DNA of 64,000 nucleotides, from the NCBI RefSeq assembly GCF_036321535.1, contig NC_087437.1, positions 10,108,001-10,172,000 on the forward strand, written 5' to 3'. The notes under the pieces were generated by a model, which worked only from the letters and a program-made list of their open reading frames with translations, had not been told where the DNA came from and did not search any database. Below are positions 36,362-47,200 of this stretch, in pieces (positions within the stretch are counted from its first letter, which is position 1; each line of letters begins with the position of its first letter). Source of the DNA: Camelus dromedarius (taxonomy: Eukaryota). The position numbers and the translations under genes were made by a program.

Positions 36362-36791
36362 TAGCCATTCTTCAGCTTGTGGGTCCCAGAATCCTCTTGC
36401 ACTCAGAAAAATTTTTGAAGAACTCAAAGAAGGTTTATGTAGGTTCTATCTCCAATTATTTACTGTAGGAAGAAATTAAAGCTGATCGTTTTATGGAATA
36501 TTTTGTTATTCATTCTTTTAAACTCATGGTAAAACTACATGGATTAAAATAAAGACCATTTTTATTTAAAAACAAATAGTGAGAAGAGTGTCACTGTGTT
36601 AAATTTTTGCAAGTCTCTTTAACGTATGACTTGATAAAAGGCAGTGAGACCCTCTACCTGCTTCTGTGGTCAACCTGTTACATTAACTCCACTACACATA
36701 CATAAGTGAATGAAAGTGAAAAAGGCAAATAACATTCTAGAAGATAGAAACCCTTTGAAAAGATCGTTACATCACACTTTGAAAAACACTG
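36362..36791. mobile_element. hAT-Charlie element (Charlie1-like internal deletion derivative)
   Basis: ggtcccagaatcctcttgcactcagaaaaatttttgaagaactcaaaga...atagtgagaagagtgtcactg...cacactttgaaaaacactg terminus. Confidence 0.7.
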
Positions 36792-37229
36792 ATGCAAACA
36801 AACCCCAGAGAAAAGCTTCATCTAAGAAAAAAACACATATAATTAAAATATCAAAGCCCATTGATTAAACAGTTATTCATATACAAATGGTGATCTGTAC
36901 TGAAAACATGGCTTGAAGATAAACTTAGAGAAAAGTCAAGTCCTGCCCCAAATGGGAGCCTCACCTTTCTAACTTCAATTTCTTCGATTATATTTTCTTA
37001 ATCCTCTGAGGACTCCTTGCTTTATTAAAATCCGACTTTAATTTTCTTTTCCCTTAACTTTCTCCTTAGAATGCAAAAGCAGTGCGTCATACTCCCATCG
37101 CAAACCTCACAGGCTAGCCAATGTTGGAGTTCTTCACATAAAGGAAAAGGAAAAAAGTGAAAAAATAAACAATTATTTTATTCTTTCTGTACCCAGTTCC
37201 TAAGACCTAAGTTTGCAATTAGAGCTGCT

Positions 37230-37720
37230 TTCTTCCACTCTACACACTTCGTTCTTGTGGGAAATGAAAGAGTGGTCTTGTCTTTATTGGGTTGCCACTT
37301 TTTTGATTCACCGGGACTATTGAAAGCAGGAGTCTCAAAAGGAGCTCCAGTGAATTCCCTGGATCCCAGATATGGTCTTCTTTGCCTGCACCACAGGAAA
37401 GCAATCCAATTTCTGATCACTGGCATCAATCCTCCTGGCAATCCAATGATGATACTCTCTACCAGTTGGCTCAGTGGCAGAAAAAGCCCAGAGTACACAG
37501 AGGATCAGTTCTTGCCTCCAATCCATGGGAACTACAACTCTGCCACCTGGCAGAAGTATTCCTCCCTTGAGCACTAAAACCTCCAAATTCGTGGGGCCCA
37601 AGGGCTCAACAAAGAGCAAACAAAAATTGCCCACAATGAACCATTAGATGTAATAGTGAAAGGTGTTCCTCCCACCTCCACTCACTGGTTCCTGATCCAG
37701 GCATTGACCATAGGATAAAA
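37230..37720 (-). mobile_element. ERVL internal fragment: integrase C-terminus and dUTPase-like region (decayed)
   Basis: Minus-strand translation VEVGGTPFTITSNG...NLEVLVLKGGILLPGGRVVVPMDW / GLFLPLSQ...QPNKDKT parallels the recalled HERV-L sequence VEVEVAPLTITPSDP...LEVLVPEGGMLPPGDTTMIPLNW...GLLLPLSQ...QPNPGRT; frameshifted. Confidence 0.8.
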
Positions 37721-38579
37721 AGCATGACAAATGTGTATATGTGCGTGTATGTGTGTGTGCCAGTACGTGTGTATGTAAGTGTGCATCTGTGTGTGTGTGT
37801 ATCCCAGTTCCCTTCTTACTTGCTTTAGGTGAGTCATCTTGAGAAAAGGATCTTATAAGGACTTTAATAGCTGTCGTATATCCTGATGTGTGTGTAAGAA
37901 AGATAAATGAAGGACCAAATTCATCAAGCCCACTTAAGACAAATGGATTCACTTCGAGATGTTTAAGGCTGTAATTAGCTCACAAATTTTTGTCCAAAAC
38001 ACTGCACGACCAGCAATGGGTTTTATAAAATCTGTTATATAGAGAGAAAGAAAAAACGAGTAAATTGAGCAAGGAAAATGAAAATACAACAGAGAATGCA
38101 CAGACTCCATTAAATGATTACAAGTTTATTAGAATTTTAAATAGAGGAAATTTATCAAGTCACTAAGGTAATAAGACTGCCTAAAACATCAGTTTTTGAC
38201 AAGTGTGTCTATCACAGCCCACAACTTACATACATTTATTTCTCTCAGGTTAAATATTTGGTTATTTGCAATATTTAACAATTATTAACATATACTTAAG
38301 CTTCTTTTCTCTACTTTCTTACTAAATTTTGCTAAAATTGCTTTCCCTTATGGCCTTTTGCCTTGTATCTTACTTTGCATATCAGTCTGGTTTCAGTACA
38401 TTTTAATGAAAATGTCTGGTTTTAAAAAGGAACACTAAGAAATCTGTTAAATGTTATGTTCCAAGAAAAGTGTCTCTTGTGGCAGGCAAAGGAACAAAAG
38501 TATGCTAAATTTTAGATTGTAATTTCATTTTTATTTGACCAGTGAAATGCCAGAAACAAGGACGCAAGTATCCGAAATG

Positions 38580-38900
38580 GCTCACTCATTCATATGTTCA
38601 TTTATCCAATATTTGGGAACATCTATATGTACCGTCTGCCATGTGCCCTGCAGGGAGCAGTGAGGATGAGTGGGGTTGACAAATAAATCAAGCATAGTCT
38701 TAGCACTCAAGGAGCACAGAATCCAATATGAAGGATTTGAAACATGAAAGATGAATGCCTTATTCATTGCAAGTATATGGTAGTGATAATTTCAGAAGAA
38801 CAGCAGGTATGCAAGTTCGAAACAGGAGGCCATTTTTGTTTGTGGGTTTAAGGAAACCCACCTTTGGGGAGAAGGTTCTCTCTGAAAAGAAAGAACCCCT
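38580..38900 (-). mobile_element. L2 3' fragment
   Basis: ctcactcattcatatgttcatttatccaatatttgggaacatcta...gcactcaaggagcacagaatcca. Confidence 0.7.
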
Positions 38901-39522
38901 GGCAGCTGAAAATTGGCCCATGAGTTAAGAAATTGATGAGGCGGAAATATTAACTTAAAAGCTATTTGCTTTGAAGTACTAGTTAAAGCTAGAAGTATAT
39001 AAAATCATCCATGGAAAGAATATAAAGATAAAAGAGTTCTATCTCTTAACCTGGGATATAGGGGCATGTGTTGGTTGTGGAGGCTGGAGAGGTGGTCACC
39101 CAGGATTAAATATTTGAGTCCAGGGCAGTAAGAAAGAAAGGCTCAAAGATAGTTTAAGGTAAGCTCCTATTGTGAAAGTGTAAGTTTCAGTGAGAATTTC
39201 AGCTGGTCAGCCCCACTTAGTCCTTTAACAGGAAGCAATGCTCCCAACATGCAGTGGGAGAACAACCTACTCATGGAAGATGTCCCAGGTCCTCTAAAGC
39301 CCTTCCCCCACTGCTGTGTATCTCACACTCTTCTGCCCTGATTGTGTGCAGGCTTCTGGCTCTAGTTCCCCTTTGGCCCCACATCCAGCCCTTAAACCTG
39401 ACTTGTTCTTTCACTCAATGATTTTGAAAATTTCAGCATCTGCAGACCACTTATTCAGCCTTTGGTGCACACGTAGATCACCAATTTTAGATTGCTTTTA
39501 AAGCCTTTTAAAAGCAATAAAG

Positions 39523-40049
39523 TGTTCACAGCAGTACTATATACAATAGCCAAGGCATGGAAACAACCTAAATGTCCACCGACAGATGACTGGATAAAGA
39601 AGCTGTGGTATAGTTATTCAATGGAATACTACTCAGCCATAAAAAAAGAATAAAAATAATACCATTTGCAGCAACATGGATGGGCCTGAAGATGGTCATT
39701 CTAAGTGAAGTAAGCCAGAAAGAGAAAGAAAAATACCATATGATATCACTCATGTGTGGAATCTAAAAGAAAAAAAGAAAAGAAAAAAGAAGACACTAAA
39801 GAACTTATCTATAAAATAGAAACAGACTCACAGACATAGAAAACAAACTTATGGTTACCAGTGGGAAAGGGGGTGGGTAGGGAAAATTGGGAGTTTGAGA
39901 TTTGCAAATATTAACTAGTATATATAAAATGGATAAACAGCATTTCTTCTGTAGAGCACAGAGAACCATATTCAATACCTTGTAGTAACTTATAATGAAA
40001 AAGAACATGAAAAAAAAATATGGATGTATACATATGACTGAAACATTAT
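39523..40049 (+). mobile_element. Young L1 3' region; its terminus lies inverted at 40180-40228
   Basis: ORF2 end and 3' UTR stopping at gaaacattat; left TSD AAAAGCAATAAAG at 39510-39522. Confidence 0.93.
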
Positions 40050-40179
40050 CTATGAGCTACTCAACATGGCATCTTACATAGGTACTTTTGGAAAATTTGC
40101 TGAAGGAAAACTTCACTCTTCATTACTGTCAAACTAGTGGTAGAAGTAGCAGTAGTTACAGTATGGCTTTATTGCTTTT

Positions 40180-40228
40180 TTTACTGAGATATTGTAAGGT
40201 TACAATGTGTCAGTTTCTGGTGTACAGC
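40180..40228 (-). mobile_element. Inverted 3' terminus and A-tail of the 39523-40049 L1
   Basis: Reverse complement reads gctgtacaccagaaactgacacattgtaac...aaaa, followed by the TSD copy at 40167-40179. Confidence 0.88.
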
Positions 40229-40594
40229 ATAATCATCCTTTTTAGTATGAAATTAATGAACTTGGTCACTTGGTATGGAGAAAATGCCAAACTACAACAG
40301 CATAATCAAAGTTGTACCCCTCCTAACAAATCAAGTGATTCCATCAACTTTGGAGAAGATAAAAAAACCAGACAAGAGGTAAATGATTCAGTATAATGCT
40401 CAAAGAAAAAGTAGAAGAAGATTTGGAAAAGTCCTCTGTCAAATGACGCTGTTGGCTATTTCATGATATAAAATGCAGTCAACATGAAGATACAGTTACT
40501 CTCATGTATGTAGCAGCAGATATTCACAAGGGGATGAACCCACAACAGTGGATATAATGGATCAGCTTCCAGCTCACATTGATGACTAAAGGTG

Positions 40595-40690
40595 GTGAGG
40601 GTGGCATAGCTCAGTGGTAGAGCACATGCTTAGCCCACAGGAGGTCCTGGGTTCAATCCCCAGTACCGCCATTAAAAAAGAAAAGAAAAG
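40595..40690 (+). mobile_element. tRNA-derived SINE (camelid Vic-1 type)
   Basis: A box tagctcagtgg, B box ggttcaatccc, then cagtaccgccatt and A-rich tail. Confidence 0.88.
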
Positions 40691-41869
40691 ATGAACATAA
40701 TTACAAACGTTGAGTCCTCCTAATACCAACTCCATCTTCCCTGACACGGAGGTTCAGCATGCTGTCTCTTGCAATTTTGAAATCATCCCTGTCCCCAGAG
40801 CATCACTGATGAAGGTGAGAAGCCCAGCACCCCTCAGAGGGAGGTATTATAGCCCCGACCGCCAGCGAGTCCTCCCACTAAGGAAGGAGGGTCAGGTGTC
40901 TGTATGCATAGCTTTTCTGCACTATTTAAAGAGGCCCTTTTACTCATATGAAGCCTAGCCTGGATGTAAGGCAGCATTCCAAAGAGTAAGGTAACTACTG
41001 CTTGCTAAATCTTTCAGGATACCTTTCCTGCATACGTGAGTCCATTTGAATGATGTCAGTGACAACCTTTCCTCTATGCTGATAACCCAGCTGTGTCCAA
41101 TCTCTTTTCCATCCTTCACAATTTGTGGGATTTTAAAAATTATAATGCAATAAATATTCATCATAAAAAAATTTACCAAAAATTTACATAATAGTTTAAA
41201 GAATGGAGTGAATTTCTGTTCTCTTAAGAAGATGAATTGTGTGTTAGCTTCTTGGGTCGTCCTTCACACTGAGACACCTATACGTAATTGAAGAAATTCA
41301 CAGAAGTTACCATTCACTATACTTTCTTTTCTTTGGACGTTTCTCTTCTTTTATAAGAGGCAGGTGATATACTAACTCTTTAAGCCAACATCTTTTCTCT
41401 AGAAGTAATAGATTCAATTTATTTAAAGGCCCAAGGGCAGAATAATCAATAGAAGGTTCAATCGAAAAAATTGTCAAGAACATGAATCAGACGATATTTC
41501 TACAGCGGTCTACTTAATCATCGGTCTTGATTGAGTGGACCAATTAGTTGATTGAAGAATTAATCAATGCACCGAATTAAATTATTTTATCACATGGATG
41601 GACCAGACAAGTAACTTAAATGAGGATACTAAAGGTAGGGAAAGGAGAAACTACGGCCAGTTGAAAAAGGAAGGTTTCATATGAAGGAGACAGCTACCAT
41701 TCTAGTCCTCCCTTGAAACGTGGAGACAAGCTTGGCCATCAGTTTAGATTTATCAGAAGTCAGAAATCCGGTTTTTAAGCAAAATACCCAAAATGTTTAA
41801 AGTTTACAATAAATTTATAATTTCTAATATCATGATACTGTTCAGAAGATTCAGTGGTAGGAAGAAGTG

Positions 41870-43080
41870 TGAGCAAAGACACAAGGGAAGTTGGGGAGGA
41901 AGCCATGTGTATTGGAGGAAAGAGCTGTCCAGGCAGAGGAAAGAGCTAGTGCACAGGTCCTGAGGAAAGGATGTGTTTAGTGACCATCTGAGGAACAGCA
42001 AAGAATGCCGGTGTGATTGCAGTAGAGTAAGGGATGGTGGAAAGACCATAGAGAGAGAGAGACAGCGTCAGAGAGGCTGCAGGGGCCAGAATATACAGAA
42101 TCCCATGGCCGCTGTAAAGACTTTGGATTTGATTCTGAGTGGACTATGGGATCCTTGAAAGGTTTTTACCCAGAGGGTGACATTATCTGTCATATTTGGG
42201 CCAAATGACTGGTGAAAATGTAGGTTACAGACGAAACTGAGCAAAGATGGAAACAGGAAGCCTCATTAGGAGGATACGGAAAAAATGCAGAAGCGAGAGA
42301 ATGGTGGCTTGAACCAGAATAATAGCAGTGGTGGGAGAGGAAGTGCTAACCTCTAAATATCTTTTCAAGGTAGGGTCAGCTGGATTTGCCAGTGGATTAA
42401 ATGTGGGGTACAAGAGAGAGAAAGAAAAGTCGGGATGACTCCAAATTTCGACTTATGCAACTGACAGGCTAGACTTGCCATTTATGTAGTCAAGAAGTCT
42501 GGAGTAGAAACAGAATTGAGTAGGGGATAAAAAAGATTTAGGTTCAGATATATAAAATTTGAGATCACTATGAGATGTGGAGATGGACAGGTTCAGGAGT
42601 AATTGCGCTTAGAACCCGGATTTCAGAGACATTCAGGCGAAATATATAAAATGGGTGCTTTTCATCATATCAATTATATTAAAAGCTTAAAGAATTAGTG
42701 AAATTACTTGACACTGATTGAAAAGAAAAGTAGAAAAGTCGCTCGAACAATGAGCCCTTAGATAATGCTACATGAAGCGGACGAGGAAACGGAAGAGGAT
42801 GTGAGAAAGAGGACTAGCAAAACAGAGATCGAAGAAGCAAGCAGTGACAGAGTAGGAAAACTAAGAAGGAGGTGGTGACCAGAAGCCAAGTGGAGAACAT
42901 GGTGCAAGGGTGTAAGCAACTATCTCTAATGGTGTTGAAAAATTAAGAAAGCTAAGGACCAAGAATTAACTCTTGGATTTACCGGTATTAGAGTCATTAG
43001 GGATTTTGAGGAGAGCTGTTTGGGAAAAGTGATGGAGACTAAAATCTGTTTGGCTCTAGTTCAAAAGAGAATAGAAAATT
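41870..43080 (-). mobile_element. L2 fragment (~1.2 kb)
   Basis: ccaggcagaggaaagagctagtgcacaggtcctgagg...ggtggcttgaaccag...ggatttgccagtggattaaatgtgggg...ggatgactccaa. Confidence 0.88.
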
Positions 43081-43214
43081 TAAGCCATGCTTGGAAGACT
43101 GATTTCAATTGTGTCGCCATTACAGCTTTGTGACCACACAACCTCCTTGAAATTTTTTGCCTTTACTAAGTGTTCCAAAGCTGTGTCTAAGAAAGAATGC
43201 CCTTGGCTATGTAT

Positions 43215-43215
43215 A

Positions 43216-43250
<35 letters not shown>

Positions 43251-43268
43251 TTTATATATATATAAAAT
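43215..43268. repeat. (TG)n(TA)n microsatellite
   Basis: Direct reading. Confidence 0.95.
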
Positions 43269-44329
43269 CTCCATCTTTGCTTTTATGAAGCTTAACTGGG
43301 TAAAATACAGAGCTTCAGAATAACTCAGCCATTAGTGCCATAAATATTGTGTATCCTTTAAGGACTTGAATCAAATTTAGTCCCTCCTGTGACTGCATTC
43401 GCTGCAAGGAGAGAGGGCAGTCTATAACTACCACTTACTTTAATGAAATTAACTATAACCTGATTTTTTGCTAAAAGTAGCAGGAAATTGCTCTGTAATC
43501 CAAATGTATCTTAGGTAACAGTAGGAGACAATTACATGATGTTCTCTTTGGTAACTTGAAGCCGATGAAAGCTTATTATCTCTATAAAAGATATAGACCT
43601 AGTCCAGTGTGTGAAGCAATGTTACATTGACATACAGCTATTTTTCCCTTTAAAAGTCTCCAAATGTCGATTTTTCACTTGTCGACTCTGAAAATGCCGT
43701 GGAGATTAAAGTAGGGATAGCTGGAGATGTGAAATGTGTTCTTTCATTAAACACATGAAAGAAGTCATTACTGCTTCCTATTAAATAGGCCATATTCTTT
43801 GTGGCTTACGGAAAAGACCAGTGGCTTCTTATGGCTCCCTGAGAGTCTGTGTCGCTTCAAAGAGTCATTAGCTTGCGGGAGAAAATCACCCATCAAACCC
43901 CTAAGAAGGGGGGATATTACACAAATAGATGGTTTCCATCATGAATGTCTTTCTCTTTCCTATGATGTTTCCATAAGCCAAATTTGAGGATAAACTTTTA
44001 AGTCATAAGGATACTTAAGCTCCATTCCCATATCACCCCCCGCCCCCAAATAGTGATACAGAAGGAAATGTCTTTGAAGGGACTTCAGACATATTCGCTA
44101 ATTATAAAATCTTCCTAAAGGTGGGGGAATACTAATTATACACCAGGTAATGTACTACTGTTTAAAATTTACTTTTATCCCTCCCCCCAGTTTCAACAGT
44201 GAAATGTAATAAACCCTATTCTAAAAGCAAGTAAGCTAAGGCTCAGTAAGTTTCAATGATCACCCCGTTAACATAAAGTGACTCAGACCCAAGGGTGGTA
44301 TTCTTCATCTATAAATAAGGACCCTAAGT

Positions 44330-44480
44330 GGGGAGGGTGTAGCTCAGTGGTAGAGTGCATGCCTAGCATGCATGAGGTCCTCAGTTCAATCCCCAGTACC
44401 TCCTCTAAAAAAAAATAAATAAGTAAACCTAATTACCTCCCTACCAACCCCCCCAAAACAAAAAGAAAATAAAAACATAG
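44330..44480 (+). mobile_element. tRNA-derived SINE (camelid Vic-1 type)
   Basis: ggggagggtgtagctcagtggtagagtgcatgcctagcatgcatgaggtcctcagttcaatccccagtacctcc followed by the aaataaataagtaaacctaattacctccc tail. Confidence 0.92.
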
Positions 44481-45859
44481 ATTGCTTTTTTTTTTTTTTT
44501 TTAAAGGAACCTTTATGTGACTACATCAATGGGTACAGGAAAAGATTTTTTTAATTAAGCTAAGCATAGCACCATGGAATCTTACGTCGCCATGGATCAG
44601 AGAAAATGCATTTGGTCTAATTTAAGAAGCATTATTTGCTTTAAGGAAGAAGACATTATTAAAATCCTAAATCATTCTACTCTATTGAACCACGACCATA
44701 TTTTCCTCCTCTCAATTTAGGTAAATAAAAGTTGAGGATTAGGAACTGAAGAAGAGATAACCAAAACCTCTTAAGATTGGATTTACCAAGGCAGCCACCC
44801 CTGTTCTCATTAATAAACCTCATGATGAAAGCACAACCCTGCCTTCCCCAGGAAGTTGATCCTTGAGCACATCATCCACGTACGTGGGGGCCCTGACTTC
44901 CTCCCACCCCCTACGCTTTCCACTCTGCCCCCTGGGCTGCCTCCCAAATGCTCTGTCTCTTCTCTGATTCTCCATTGAAACCCGGCTGTCTCCTGATCAC
45001 GTGGCTTCTCCAGCTCTCAAAAGCAGTGGACGTTTACCCTGTGCACTGCATGCCCTTGCGTGTCCAGAAGAGGGACTGCCACCCTCCTTGCCAGTCACGC
45101 CTCCACACCTCTGTTCATCATCTGGTTGAAAATTCCATCCCTCCAACGCTCTTTCGTTCATTCACACCTCAACTCATTCAACAAACATGGAGTTACTTCC
45201 TGTTGTGTGCCAGTGGAGACATCGTGGGGCTTAATCCCGCTCTTTTGCTCCTAACTGCAGTCATTACAAACTTCTGGTTCATGGTGGATCACTCACAGAA
45301 GATTGTTCTCTGTCATAACAGTCCTACTCTCCAACTCGTATTTGCTTACAGGACAAGTTTGCTTTCATCTAGACAGAAAAAAAAGAAAAAGAGAAAAAAG
45401 ATGGATGACCTGGCTTAAATTCCTTTTCAACTGGACTTCTGAAGAGATTAATTATATTTTGTTTGTAGAATGAGTCCTTCGATATACAATGGCCTTAGCA
45501 GGATGACTGACGATTACTCATCTAAAAAAAAAAATGTACCTGTGAAGCATGGCTGTCTGGAAACTGTCAGGTAACTTGTATAATTATCAACATTATAAAA
45601 TAATCAGTATTATTAAATGCTTTCTGCTGTGTGATGTTAATAACCCCCGAAGGTTCACTTGGTACCATCACCTATTAGTGGCCCAGAGGGCCCATGACCA
45701 AGGAAGGAAGAAAGGGCCTGTGTAGCTGTACAGGATGTCTCAGAGCTTTCTCTTACTTGTTTTAGTTTCTTGATTGCCTGCATTCTTGAATTATTTGCAA
45801 AGCTGGACAGTGAGTATGAGACAGATATGTACAAATCCAATTTGACAGTCCAATCCTAG

Positions 45860-46086
45860 TGTCGGCTAAGGCTGCAACAGGAGGAAGCTTTGTCCCCACC
45901 CCCTCCATCCCCCAGGGACATTTGGCAACATTGGGAGACATTTTTTCTTTCTATCACAGCCAAGAAGGGAGTGCTGCTGGCTTCTAGGTAGGACCAGGGA
46001 TTCGTCCTACAATGCATGGAACAATCCCCTACAACAAAGAATGATCCAGTCCACACATCACTAGTGCTGAGGCTGAGAAACTCTGT
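45860..46086 (+). mobile_element. hAT-Charlie MITE MER20
   Basis: ccccagggacatttggcaacattgggagacatttt...cctacaatgcatggaacaatcccctacaacaaagaatgatccagtcca...tgctgaggctgagaaactctg. Confidence 0.9.
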
Positions 46087-46099
46087 TCTGTTCAATCAC

Positions 46100-47200
46100 A
46101 TCTAGCTTCTAGGCTCCATGCCATTGGCAGCAAATTCTCATTTCTGTGCCTGATGGAAGTTTCAGACACATATATCAAAATCTCTCTCTCTTACCCGAAT
46201 GTTTCAAAGGCACTTCAAACTCAGACTCTCTTAGAACAAACTTGTAGTTTGCCCTGCAGACTTGGCTCTGTCACTTGGTGTTTTATCTTAGCACATGGCA
46301 CTCATCCAGAAACTCAGCAGCCATCTTCAATGCCTCCCTCTCCTCCCACGTGTGCAGTCCATCACCACGAGCTAATCATCTTACTTCCCGAATGTATCTG
46401 TGGTTGCTCCATGTCTTCTCATCTCCATTAATAACAGCTTCCTTCCCCCAAGCTGTCATCTGTCTCTCCTTTGGAAGGGTGCCATTCCCTTTGCCAATTA
46501 GCAGTGGATTAATTCCTTTCCAAATTATAGAGCATTCCCTTCATGAAATTCAAAGATAAACATAACAAGCCCCTCCTTCAAAACAAAGAAACAAAAAAAT
46601 AAAACATTCCCCATTGTTCCCATTGTAAAGACTAAAATTCTTCATGTGATTTATAGGTAAAAAACCAGGACATTTTAAAGGGAGCACATGTGTGCTTGCA
46701 TGCATGTGTGTGTTTGGGGAGAGGAGATATTAAAATTTATTCCAAAGCAAATATAAACAAGGAATGTTGCAAGCCAGTTGGTGCCCTGTCCACAAGGCCT
46801 TCACTGCTCTGATCCCACCTGGCTCTCCAAGGGCCCCTCACATTGTCTTGCTCTCTTTTTGCCTTAACAGATAAGGAGCACTTTGCACCACGCTGCCTAC
46901 TTTTTGCTTCTTTTGTGCCATATTGCCATGTACCACAGGGCCTTTGCATGTGTTTTTCACTCTGTGTAGAAAGTTCCCACCTCCATGCCTTAAAAACTAA
47001 TCAATCTCCCTCATTCTTCAGTTACCATCTGAAATATTTCCTCTGAAACATTTGTCCTGACTCTTCAAAAGCCACAAGTTCCCTTTTATATGCTCTCACA
47101 TCTCCATGTATGTTCCCTTCAAAGCACAGCTACAGTCCTACTTGTGGGTTTTGTTCTGTTGCTTCGATTTTTTTGTTTGTTAGCTAATACTTGCACCCAA
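46100..47200 (+). mobile_element. L2 fragments
   Basis: gaaactcagcagccatcttcaatgcctccctctcctccc...ccacagggcctttgcatgtg...tcattcttcagttaccatctgaaata. Confidence 0.7.

Noticed and set aside
37257..37577. Plus-strand 106-aa ORF as a host exon
   Set aside because: It is the antisense of a decayed ERVL pol/dUTPase fragment
40600..40670. tRNA gene (also 44330-44402)
   Set aside because: A-rich SINE tail, imperfect stems and Vic-1-like sequence indicate a SINE head, not a tRNA gene
44948..45418. 156-aa ORF
   Set aside because: No recognisable protein similarity; it runs through an L2-like ttcattca stretch and an A-rich tract, consistent with a chance ORF
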